From assembly GCA_963806225.1 (NCBI GenBank), contig CAWDXG010000003.1, positions 64,001 through 128,000 of the forward strand: a stretch of 64,000 bases of DNA, given 5' to 3'. A program made the position numbers and the translations under genes. The DNA comes from an uncultured delta proteobacterium (lineage in GTDB: Bacteria > Myxococcota_A > Polyangia > Polyangiales > Polyangiaceae). Each line of letters opens with the position of its first letter. Positions within the stretch are counted from its first letter, which is position 1. Below are positions 20,594 through 32,617 of this stretch, piece after piece. The notes under the pieces were generated by a model. The model did no database searches. It was not told the DNA's origin and was given only the letters and a program-made list of their open reading frames with translations.

Positions 20594-23012
20594 GGCCGGG
20601 CGCGCTGCGGGCACTCGGCGCCGCGGCGGTCCTCACGACCAGCGGCGCGTTGTCGAGCTGCCACGTCTTCGGGCCGGCGCGCTACGGCGCCGCACCGTTG
20701 CCGGCTCCCGCGCCGACCGTGCCGGCGCGCGTCGAGCTGCGCGAGGTCGAGCACCGCCCGCGCATCAGTCTTGTCGCGCGCATGGGCGACCCCTCCCCCG
20801 CCGTCGCCATGGCGGTGGCCAACGATCTCGGCTCCGAGGCCTCCACCGCCCTCGCTGCGATCCTGCAGACGCGGCTGGCCACGTCCGGCTTCCCGCACAC
20901 GCAGACCCGACCCCACGCGCTCGGCCTACAGGTCCGCACGCTCGTGCACTCCGCGGCGGAGGCGGGAAAGTTCGTGAGGATGGCGACGCGCGCGCTCAGA
21001 ACGCCGGTTTCGACGCACGACCCCGCGCTACCCGCCATCGCCCACGCGCTATCCGCGCTCAGAGCGCGCTCGCTCTCCGGCGAGGCCGAACAGGCGGCTG
21101 CGGCGTGCACGGGCGAGCTCGGCATCCGCCTGGGCGAAAAGCTGATCGACCCCGCGTCACCGGCGGGACGCGCTCGCATCGAGGCGTGGCGCCAGCGCGT
21201 CGCGACGGCACCCTCCGTGGCGTTCGCCGCGCTGGGGCCCAGCCCGCTCCTCGACGCAGCGGCCCGCGCGCTGAGCCAGACCGAAGCCTGGCCCGAGACG
21301 CCCGCGCCCACCGATCCGTGGCCCGCGCGCGACGTAACCGGCGTGGCCGGCGCCAGCGACGGCGCGCGACGGCTGTCGGTAGCGCTACGCATCGGCGATG
21401 GCAGCGTCGCGATCGAGGCCGCGCGCAAGCTGGCCCAGCCGCACTCGGCCCTGTCAGAGCGGCTCGGCTCGATGCAGCCGCCGTGGGAGCTCGACCGGGT
21501 GGTCGGCACCACGCGCCCTCGCGGCGCGTGCGTGAGAGTCGACGTACGCGCGCAGATCGACGACCCCGCTCCGCGCATGCCCCAGGTGGCAGGCGCCGCG
21601 CTCGTGGCGCTCGGCGAAGTGCACCGCGCACTGCACGCCGCGGCTTCCAGCGAATGGACGCTCGAGGACAGCGTGCTGCGTCCGGCCGACCCGCGCGAGG
21701 CGGCGGCCGTGGCCGCGTGGCGCGCGCTCAGCGGTCGCCTCGAGCCCGGACCGGCGCGCACGGTCGTGAGCTACGCCGCCCACCGGACCGAAGCAGGCGG
21801 CCACGCCAGTGCAGCGCTGGAAAAGGCCCTGCAACAGCAAAGCCAACGCTGGCGGCACAGCTCGCTCGAGCAGCGCGCTCGCGTCGAGCCGGGGCAAGGC
21901 GAGCTGTGGGCCCTGCTCGCCACTCCCTGCGGCACCGTGGGCGAATCGGCCGACGACGCGGGACTGTCGGCCATGGTGGTCCGTTCGCTGACCCGGAAAC
22001 GCCCTCGCATCGGCGACGTCCGCTTCGAGCCATGGGTCACGCCCGATGGCGTCGGACTTCTCGCCCACGCACCGAGACAGGGCCCACAGGACACGCCGCA
22101 GAAGCAGGCCGAGCGTGTCGGCAACGCGCTCGGACGCGTTCTGGTCACGACCGGGCTCGGCGGCACGGACGTGGCGGAAACGCGCGCGCACCTGCTGCAC
22201 GAGCTCGGCCCCGGACCCGAGCCCGGCTGGTGGCTGGCGCTGGAATCCGCGGCTCCGGACCACCCCTCCTGGCTCGAGCCGCGAGGGACCTGGCAGTCGA
22301 TCACGGGTGCGGCAACCCGCGACGTCGAGGAGCGCCGGCGCGAGCTGGTCCGCGGTCCGCTGCGCGTGGCGGTGATCGCGAACTGGGACCAGGCGCAGGT
22401 CGCCACGCTGTCGTCCGCGCTCGACCGCTGGCTCGCGCCGTTGCGCCCGGACGCGCGCCAGTGCCCTGGCGCCGCGAAGGTCACGCCCCGGCACGGCGAG
22501 CTCGAATCTGCGAGACCAACGCTTCGGTCGAACCGCGAGCCGCCGCCTATGTCAGCGTGCCGCTCCGCCCGGCAGCGTATGGGCTTGTGCGCGAGGCGGA
22601 ATGGACCGCGCTCTTGCTCAACCGTCGGGGCGGGTGGCTGGACCAGGCACTCCGGCTGCCCGATCTGGCGTCGTCGGCGCACGCGACCGTGCTCGGGGGA
22701 CGCCACGCGGCGGTCCTGCTCATCGAGATCACGGCGGTCGACGACAAGCTCTCCGATGCGATCGCGCAGGTGCGCGGCCTGCTCGACCGACTGGCGCACG
22801 GTGCCGCCAGCGCGGACGACGTAGCGATCGCACGCCGGCGTTTCCAGCAGCTGGAGACCGCCGCTTCATTGAATCCGCGCCGTCGCATCGTCGACCTGTG
22901 GCGCGGCACCGCGCCGCGGCGCGCTCCGGATCTGGCCTCGCTCAGGCGCTTCCAGCGCGAGGCCTTCCGTCCCGGCCACGAGATCGTCGTCCGCGTCCAT
23001 CAGCGGGACTAG
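20590..23012 (+). CDS. Large lipoprotein, inactive M16 peptidase-like; apparent frameshift near 22510
   Basis: Lipobox LSSC; M16-like segments (AGLSAMVVRSL, RVAVIANWD, GGWLDQALR, ADDVAIARRRF); no HXXEH found. Confidence 0.5.
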
Positions 23013-23086
23013 AACGGCGGGCTCGGCGGACGAAAGCGGCCGGCAGCGTTTTCCGCGCGGCCCGGTCGTGCTAGCTGCCACAGGCG

Positions 23087-24640
<1,554 letters not shown>

Positions 24641-24644
<4 letters not shown>

Positions 24645-24975
24645 GGTCGCCTGCAAGAGCGCGGCTCCGCGCGTCGCGCTGCTGCTTGCCCTGGGGCTGT
24701 CGCCTGCCCTGGCGGCGTGCCACGCCGCAGTCGGACCGGCCGCCGTGGATCTCGAGTTCCGCGCGTCGCAGCGCGCGGCCGGCGACGCGTCGGTGTACAT
24801 CGACGAGGAGTACGTCGGACCGCTGGGCTACGTCGCGGCGCGCGGAGTGCGGCTGCCCGTCGGCGAGCACCGCATCACCATCACGAAAGACGGCTATTTT
24901 CCCTGGGACCGCCTGGTGGAAGCGGACCGGCAGCCGATCCGCCTCGACGTCGAGCTGGTGCCCGTCCCGGACTAG
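24641..24975 (+). CDS. PEGA-domain lipoprotein (start uncertain)
   Basis: [30 protein letters not shown]; in-frame upstream lipobox LAAC. Confidence 0.8.
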
Positions 24976-25107
24976 CGCGCGCAGTTCGAGCTGGCCGCGC
25001 GGCGCGCTTCCCCCGCTGAAGGCAGGCGGCAGGTCCGTGGACCGGAGGGCGACGTTCCAGACGGGCGGGCCCCGAACGCGGTTGTTGATCACGTCCGGCG
25101 TTGCCGC

Positions 25108-25116
25108 TGCTATAGT
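25108..25116 (+). promoter_or_regulatory. Extended -10 promoter element for the tRNA
   Basis: TGcTATAGT ending 15 nt upstream of the tRNA start in otherwise GC-rich DNA. Confidence 0.55.
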
Positions 25117-25130
25117 CTGCGCTCGAAATT

Positions 25131-25207
25131 CGGGGTGTACCTCAACCTGGTAGAGGGCCGGCTTTGGGTGCCGGCTGTTGGGGGTTCAAATCCCTCCACC
25201 CCGACCA
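25131..25207 (+). tRNA. tRNA-Pro (anticodon UGG)
   Basis: Acceptor CGGGGTG/CACCCCG, D stem CCTC/GAGG, anticodon stem CCGGC/GCCGG with loop TT-TGG-GT, T loop TTCAAAT, discriminator A, encoded CCA; C1-G72/A73 Pro identity. Confidence 0.96.
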
Positions 25208-25545
25208 GAACTTCCGAACCGCGCGGTGGCCGAGAGGCCGGCCACCGCGATGCGGCAAAGGCCACGAATGCCACGCGAAAACTGCGCGGCGACCTTGCGG
25301 AAGCTTTCCGCCACGACGACATGCGCTCGCGCCGTGGAGCTCGCTCCCGACGAGGCAGCGGCGGACGGCAAAACCGCTTGCACCCACTCACCCGGCACGC
25401 GCATTCCTACAATTCCTACGAAACGACACACGCATTTTCCTGATGCGAGTGTGCCCATTCCGATTGCCATCTGCTGTGGCTCCTCTATTCTAAGTTCAGG
25501 TCAGAATCTCCGAGGCGCGCCTTCGGGCGAGCAGAGGCAAGGGGA

Positions 25546-25878
25546 ATGGCAAAGAAGAGCACAACTACAAAGCAATGCAGCAAATGCTGGCGGCCGGCAG
25601 CACCCGGACGAAAGCAGTGCAAGTATCATCTGGCGTACTTCCGCAACTACCGGCGCAAGCGGCGGGCAGCGGGGTTATGCATCGACTGCGGTGCAACATC
25701 TCCCGACTACCAGCTCTGCGATGCGTGCGCGGAGCGGGCGGCGACACAGATGAAGAAGCGCTACTACCAGCGTCGGTCGTCGAACAAGTGCACGGCATGC
25801 GGCGCCCCCTCCAGGGGCTACTCGCTCTGCGACGCCTGCACCGAGCGCAAGGCAAGCCGGCGTAACGCCAGCGCCTGA
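25546..25878 (+). CDS. Basic protein with three tandem zinc-ribbon-like modules
   Basis: CxxC-x10-CxxH, CxxC-x9-CxxC and CxxC-x9-CxxC linked by Arg/Lys-rich segments; AAGGGG upstream of ATG. Confidence 0.75.
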   Translation: MAKKSTTTKQCSKCWRPAAPGRKQCKYHLAYFRNYRRKRRAAGLCIDCGATSPDYQLCDACAERAATQMKKRYYQRRSSNKCTACGAPSRGYSLCDACTERKASRRNASA

Positions 25879-25977
25879 GCCCGGAGTCCGCGCGCTGCGT
25901 CGCGGCGCGTGAAGCTCCAGGCTCTGCTGCTGCACGACAACGAACAGGAGCGCCGCCCGCGCTGGGGCGTGCGGCAC

Positions 25978-26894
25978 TCAGGCTGGACCGCCGTCACTCG
26001 GCGGCGGATTCATCGGGGAGCTCGGCACAGGGTTCACGGGAGAGCTGTTGCCGTCGATCGACCAGACATCGAGCCGGCGCAGGTCCTCCCACACCTGCGC
26101 AGGCGACGTGTAACGGTACTGTTCGTGCCGGCGCAGCATCACGCTGATCACGCGTCCGACCTCCGTACCCAGCGCCTCGGCGCGCGCCCGCGGCACGCCC
26201 TCGCGGATCTGCCGGATGATCTGGTCGTAGCCGAGGGACAGATCGAGCGGGTACTCGCCGGTGTGCATCACGTACATCAAGCAGCCCGAGCTGGTAGAGG
26301 TCGCTCTGCTTGGTCGAGTAGCCGCCGGCTGCGACTTCCGGCGCCATGATGCGATGGTGCACGATGTCCGGGCGCACGGCGGCCTGCCCGTACAGCTCCT
26401 GGGCGATGCCCAGATCGCTGATCTTGCACATGAGCTTCTTGTCCTGCACGACGAGGATGTTCCCGGCATGCAGGTCGTTGTGCACGATCTGGTTGTCGTT
26501 GAGGTACTGGATCGCGAACAGCAGCTGGCGCGAGATGTCCACCACGAGCCGGTCGGTGAACGGCACACCGAGCATGTCTTCCAGGCTGTGATCGCAGCGC
26601 TCGAGCACCAGATAGAACAGGCCGCCTGTCTCGAAATAGTCGTGGACGTAGACGATGTTCGGGTGCCGCAGGCGCCGCAGGCGGTCTGGCCTCGCGCAGC
26701 CATTCGGCCCGGACTTGGTCGTAGGGGCGGTTCGCCGGCCGGAAGACCTTCAGCGCGAAGGACTGGTCGAAAGGGCCGACGCAGTCGAACACGGCGCCGA
26801 AGGCCCCCTCGCCCATCAAGTCCCCGAGCAGGTAGGTCCAGCCGCGCGGAGAGCGGACCACGCCCCCGGTCACTGGGAACGACAACGAGAACAT
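25978..26894 (-). CDS. Stand-alone Ser/Thr kinase domain protein; two apparent frameshifts
   Basis: MGEGAFGAVF, FALK, HPNIV, HNDLHAGN, ISDLG, MAPE, SDLYQLG across three frames. Confidence 0.82.
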
Positions 26895-27009
26895 CTGCCG
26901 GGTCACCGATTTCCTGGCGGGCCTAGGCCCTGTGCCCGGACGAGTGTACGTCGTCCCTTGCGCGGAGCAGCCATTTTCGCTAGATGACCAGCCCCCTACG
27001 GAGACGAGC

Positions 27010-27183
27010 ATGTCGAATCGAGCCATCTGGAATGTCCGCAAGCGCCACGAGTGGCTGACCACGCAGCTCAAGGGCAAGCACCTCAGCCGCCGCAAGCGCC
27101 TGCGCATCGGTCTGGAGCAGGCGCTGGAGCGCAAGCGGGCCAAGCAGCCCGAGTCCGAGCAGCCCGGCCAGCCGCAAGGCTAG
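27010..27183 (+). CDS. Small basic hypothetical protein (57 aa)
   Basis: MSNRAIWNVRKRHEWLTTQLKGKHLSRRKRLRIGLEQALERKRAK...; GGAG upstream; GC-rich third positions. Confidence 0.6.
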   Translation: MSNRAIWNVRKRHEWLTTQLKGKHLSRRKRLRIGLEQALERKRAKQPESEQPGQPQG

Positions 27184-27201
27184 GCTACCCACTCGTCCCG
27201 C

Positions 27202-28116
<915 letters not shown>

Positions 28117-28120
<4 letters not shown>

Positions 28121-28842
28121 GCTGGCTGCCCCCTGCCGGGAGAGGGCCGTTCGCGCTGCCCGACCAGGCACTGCGCCGCGAGCGGCAGCGCGGCGAGCAC
28201 GAGCACCGCTGCTGGTGCGCGACCCGCCGCAACCGCGTGCAACAGCACCACGGCCAGGGCCACGGCAAGCCCCGCTCCCAGCGTGCGGGATAACAACGAC
28301 AGCCTCGCCCCCGCCCACGGCGGTGCGGCGACCGCCAGCGGAAGAACCGCCAGCAGCGCCGCTAGCGAGCCCGGCGCGTCCGGAGCCCGCAGCGGATGCG
28401 CGCCGACGAACACGATCGCGCCGCTGGCAGCGACCCGCACGCCGACCCCCGGATCGAGAAGCGACGCCGCCTGCTGATGCCACGCCGCCTGCTGCGGCAT
28501 GGCAGGGAACAGCACGCCAACGTTCGCCCACGGCGAGACGAGCAGGCCGACCGCCAGGGCACCCACGAGCCAGCCCGCGAGGACTGGACCGCGTGCGACC
28601 CGCCACGGCGAAGCCCCCAGCGCCGAGATCGCGCCGATCTCGCCCCGCGCGCGGGCCTGCGAGAGCGCCACCCAGGCCCCGAGCGCGGCCAGCAGCGGAG
28701 CGAACGCCGCCATACGGGCAACGCGCATTGCCGGCGTGCTGAGCGGCTCGTCCGTGGCCGCCACCACCACCAGCGCCAGCAGCGTCAAGAGGACCGTGAA
28801 GCCCAGCGCGCGGCGGAACAGCAGACGATCGAACGGATGCAC
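28117..28842 (-). CDS. Membrane protein resembling a short LptF/LptG-family permease
   Basis: About six TM segments; RARGEIGAISALGASPWRVARGP resembles the LptF/G coupling helix. Confidence 0.5.
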
Positions 28843-28929
28843 GGCTCGGACAATACTACGCGGGAAGTCGCCGGCCCGGGGTCGACCCCTTACTTGGCCG
28901 TTCCGGCCCTTCGTTGGTAGCGGCTACGC

Positions 28930-29472
28930 ATGCGTCCGCTCTGCTTCGCGCCTGTTGTCGCCCTGTTCTCGATGTTGGCACTGGGCTGCAGTGGCGGAAA
29001 GAACCCGAAGATCCCCGGCAACGAGCTCGGCACCTACCACGTGACGGGACACCTCGGTGCGTCGAGCTGCGGGCCCGGCGCGCTGGGCTCCTCGGACCTG
29101 TGGGAGTTCGACGTGAAGCTTTCGCGCGACGGCCACGATCTGTACTGGCTGAACGGCCAGGACGTGGTGCCCGGGCGGATCGCCGCCGACGGCGTGTCGT
29201 TCGCTTTCGACAGCCGCTCGGTGATCCAGGCGGAGCCGGCCGGCAAGGGCAAGCCGGGCTGCGCGATCGTACGCACCGACAAGGCCAGCGGCGCCCTGCA
29301 CGAGCAGGGCAGCGACGTGACCGGATTCGACGGGCTGATGCGCTTCGGCTACACCACCGACCCCACGTCGGACTGCAGCGACTTCGTCGGCGTGGCTGGC
29401 GGGTTCGACGGGTTGCCCTGCGAGATGAGCTACCAGGTGGACGCAACGCGCACCGCCGGGCCTGCAGAGTAG
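28930..29472 (+). CDS. Hypothetical lipoprotein
   Basis: Lipobox LALGC; four further Cys; clean codon usage. Confidence 0.75.
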   Translation: MRPLCFAPVVALFSMLALGCSGGKNPKIPGNELGTYHVTGHLGASSCGPGALGSSDLWEFDVKLSRDGHDLYWLNGQDVVPGRIAADGVSFAFDSRSVIQAEPAGKGKPGCAIVRTDKASGALHEQGSDVTGFDGLMRFGYTTDPTSDCSDFVGVAGGFDGLPCEMSYQVDATRTAGPAE

Positions 29473-29559
29473 CAGGGAATTTCGTTGGGGATTCCGTGAG
29501 CTACGTGTGATCCGGAGGCATGGAATGGCCCGCCCTTCCACCTCGTGATACGTCTGAAC

Positions 29560-29870
29560 CAACGTCCAGGCCGGAGCACGGCTCCCGGAATGTTCCGCTG
29601 GGGGATGTCCCCCACACCTGGGCCGGTCCGAGGCCGCGCCGCGGTCTCCTTTCGCGGAAACGCTCCCGACAAGCTGGAAAGTCGCCAGCGATCGATCAGC
29701 TCTCGCTGGTGCTGCAAGCGGAGCGTCCGGCTCGCGCCGGAGGAGGTGATACACACATGAAGAGTAGTTGTAACCCCATCCCGGAGGGTGACCGCTAGGT
29801 CCCTAGGCCGTTCCGCCCCCGGGCCCTGCCGGCTAGCCGGCGCGGCGCGGGGAAGCTCCGACGGCCACCC
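29560..29870 (+). ncRNA. Candidate structured RNA (family unassigned) containing a 13-codon ORF
   Basis: Nested stems: CCAGG/CCTGG enclosing CGGAGCA/TGTTCCG and TGGGGG/CCCCCA; ACGCTCC/GGAGCGT enclosing CGAC/GTCG and CCAGCGA/TCGCTGG; CCGGC/GCCGG; then AGGAGGTGAT and a long 3' hairpin. Boundaries and strand are estimates. Confidence 0.5.
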
Positions 29871-30068
29871 GCGATTCCCGGCGTCGCTCCTCGCGGAGAG
29901 GCGCCAGCGCGGGCACCTGGCAGTCTGCCGGGACCGGGGCTAGCTACGGCGGGCCGGGTGATAGGAATATCACCCGGCCCGTTTCCTTTTTGTCGTCAGC
30001 CTGCTCACCGAGGTTTGCAAGGACGCGCCGGACGGCTAGCCTCCGTCCCGCCCAGGGCCTCGAACACC

Positions 30069-31775
30069 ATGGACTTTCCTTCCCTGCTTGCGGCGTCCAC
30101 TTCGGCGCACGCCTTTTCGCTGTCTCACGCCACGGACTTCTTCTGGGACAACCCGATCTTCGCGCGGGACTCCTGGACGAACCTGATGAACGGGTTGCGC
30201 ATCCTGCTGACGATGGGCGGGGCGCTGCTGCTCATCCTCGAAGCGCGCGCCCTGAAGATGGGCGAGAAGATCCCGGAGAAGACGCGCCGGCGCATCGCCA
30301 TCGTGCTGACCGCCGTCGCGTTCGGGGCCTACTTCGACTTCTTCAACCCGAACACGCGCTACAGCCAGTACTACCACCGGCACGAGTTCTATCACTACTA
30401 CCTGGGCTCCAAGTTCAACCGCGAGCTCGAGTACACGAACCTGTACGAGTGCACGGCGATCGCGGAGATCGAGCTCGGGCGCGGCGCACAGGTCAGAAAC
30501 CGGGAGATCCGCGACCTCAGGGTGAACCTGATCAAGCCGGTGCGCGACACGTACGTGCTGAGCGACCCCGGCCAGTGCAAGAAGCGCTTCACTCCTGCGC
30601 GCTGGGCTGCGTTCAAGAAGGACGTCGACTGGTTCTATCACTCGGCGGCCGGCAGCTACTGGCAGAACATGCAGAAGGACCACGGGTACAACCCACCACC
30701 CGTGTGGACCATGGAGGGCAAGCTCTTCGCGAACTTCGGGGACGCCGGCAAGACGTTCTTCAAGGAGCTCGCCTCGCTGGACATCATCCTGCACATCGGG
30801 ATCGTGCTGCTCATCGGCTGGGCCTTCGGCTGGCGCGTCATGGCCATCGCCACCGTGTTCTGGGGGTGCAATGCGCCCGCCAACTTCTACTGGACGGGCG
30901 GCGCGTTCCTCAGACAGGACTGGCTCTTCTTCCTCGTAGCGTCCGTCTGTCTGGCGCGAAAACGCAAATACGGGATGTCCGGCGCCGCACTGACGTGGTC
31001 GTCCTTGTTACGCGTCTTCCCGATGATCCTGTTCGTCGGTCCGCTGGCGATCATGGCGTTCGAGCTGGTCCGGAAGCGGCGACTATTGCGCTCCTACAAG
31101 CGCTTCATCGGCGGCGCTGTGGTGGCCGGAGGGCTGCTCATCCCGACGAGCGTCATCGTCTGCGGCCCGCAGTCCTGGCCGGACTTCTTCAAGCACATCA
31201 TCACGCACAAGAACACGCCCCTGACCAACCAGATGGGCCTCGAGACGATGATCGTGCACACGTGGAAGGGCCGGATGCGCTTCACGCGCGACGACAACCT
31301 CGACGACCCGTTCCAACTCTGGAAGGAAGGGCGCGAGCATCGCATCCACCAGCACCGCTTCCTGTTCCTCGGGATCATCGGCCTCGTCTTCCTGTGGACG
31401 CTGTGGGCGCTCAGGCGCACGAAGCTCCTGTGGGTGGCGATCCCGCTGGGCTTGCCGATGGTCGCGTCGCTGACGAACCTGACTTGCTACTACTACTCGA
31501 TGTTCATGATCGCGGCCGTGCTGGCGTTGATACGACCACAACTGGGGCCAGTGATCCTGGCTGTCAGCGGCGCGAGCCAGGTCCTGCTCATCCGGTACTA
31601 CTGGGTGGACGACAAGTTCACTGCGCAGGCATGGCTGTTCTACTTCTTCGGCCTGCTGCTGCTCTACGCGTATTCGCGCCCCTTCAGCATGGCGCGGCTC
31701 AAGGCATGGTGGCGCGGCGAGCCCGAGCCGAAAGGAGGCCCTCCGCCGCCGGCCTCCGAAGCGCCGGCGAACTGA
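30069..31775 (+). CDS. Polytopic membrane protein, GT-C (GT87/DUF2029-like) glycosyltransferase candidate
   Basis: Many TM helices; HEFYHYYLGSK, YNPPPVW and LLRVFPMIL motifs; aromatic-rich. Confidence 0.6.
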   Translation: MDFPSLLAASTSAHAFSLSHATDFFWDNPIFARDSWTNLMNGLRILLTMGGALLLILEARALKMGEKIPEKTRRRIAIVLTAVAFGAYFDFFNPNTRYSQYYHRHEFYHYYLGSKFNRELEYTNLYECTAIAEIELGRGAQVRNREIRDLRVNLIKPVRDTYVLSDPGQCKKRFTPARWAAFKKDVDWFYHSAAGSYWQNMQKDHGYNPPPVWTMEGKLFANFGDAGKTFFKELASLDIILHIGIVLLIGWAFGWRVMAIATVFWGCNAPANFYWTGGAFLRQDWLFFLVASVCLARKRKYGMSGAALTWSSLLRVFPMILFVGPLAIMAFELVRKRRLLRSYKRFIGGAVVAGGLLIPTSVIVCGPQSWPDFFKHIITHKNTPLTNQMGLETMIVHTWKGRMRFTRDDNLDDPFQLWKEGREHRIHQHRFLFLGIIGLVFLWTLWALRRTKLLWVAIPLGLPMVASLTNLTCYYYSMFMIAAVLALIRPQLGPVILAVSGASQVLLIRYYWVDDKFTAQAWLFYFFGLLLLYAYSRPFSMARLKAWWRGEPEPKGGPPPPASEAPAN

Positions 31776-31829
31776 GCAGCCGGCGCGCGACAGCGAACCC
31801 CGGGTGGACAGAGCCCGGGTGGGTTGAAA

Positions 31830-32480
31830 CTAGAGCGCGCGGCGGACGCCGGCGAGCGCCTCGACGAGTCCTTCGGGGAACGCGCGGAAGAGCACATCGA
31901 GGTGCTCCCAATCCGTCTGCACCGCGCGCACACCGACCAGCGGCGTCACCAAACCCAGCACCTTGCCAACCACGCGCTGCTTGGCGAGCTTCGGGTGCCT
32001 CATCAGATCGATGACGATGCGGTCGTCGGCCGCTTCGACGAGCACTGGCGGGCGCTTGGGCATGTAGGCGGCGAGGTTGCCGGGCTTGCTCAGATCCAGG
32101 GCGCCCGACTTGAGCAACGCGGCGATCGGGGACTCGGCCTTGTCGTCCAGCACCTTCAGCGCCACATCCGCGAGGCGCACCTCGAAGCGCAGCTCCTCGT
32201 CGGAAAGCCGCACGCGATCGACATAGATGGTCGCCGAAGCCCGCAGCGCAGTGCCCATGGCGTCCACCGTGGCGGCGATGCGGATCCCGGGCGGGACCGC
32301 CTCGATCTGGACATCTTTCGGGGCCTTCCGGCTCGCCGGCTGCGATGCGAGCCAGCGCAGGGCGTCGAGCGGCAGCCCAACCCTGAGCGCCACCGCGTTG
32401 CGGACCGCGCGGAGCAATTCCGCGGGGTGCTGTTTGAGGTAGGCCCCCGCCGCTTCGATGATCGCCTTCTTGTCGGGCAT
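31830..32480 (-). CDS. Hypothetical protein
   Basis: 216-aa ORF from MPDKKAII with protein-like composition, filling the gap between neighbours. Confidence 0.7.
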   Translation of the reverse strand: MPDKKAIIEAAGAYLKQHPAELLRAVRNAVALRVGLPLDALRWLASQPASRKAPKDVQIEAVPPGIRIAATVDAMGTALRASATIYVDRVRLSDEELRFEVRLADVALKVLDDKAESPIAALLKSGALDLSKPGNLAAYMPKRPPVLVEAADDRIVIDLMRHPKLAKQRVVGKVLGLVTPLVGVRAVQTDWEHLDVLFRAFPEGLVEALAGVRRAL

Positions 32481-32617
32481 GGTCGCGGGAGTATAAGCCA
32501 CAGGTGGCGTTCCGCGCGCGAGCGAATTCTCGCCCGGTCGCCGAGAGCAGCCGGAAGTCCCCGGCAACCCGGCCTCCCCCCGCCGGGCTTTGTCAGCTGA
32601 GCGAGGTAGTGTTCAAC

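Noticed and set aside
19567..22824. Single 1085-aa fusion protein
   Set aside because: A second signal peptide and lipobox begin at GTG 20590 overlapping a TGA; one indel near 20570 explains the fusion.
25300..25380. Tyrosine integrase C-terminal remnant next to the tRNA (ATTTCARAVELAPDE)
   Set aside because: Only a vague resemblance; no catalytic Tyr or His-x-x-Arg motif and no att duplication seen.
29515..29545. Sigma-54 promoter for the candidate sRNA
   Set aside because: TGGCCCG is present but the -12 GC is not at the required GG-N10-GC spacing.
29660..29726. tRNA or tRNA pseudogene in the cloverleaf-like fold
   Set aside because: No TTCRA T loop, no 7-nt anticodon loop and no CCA end.
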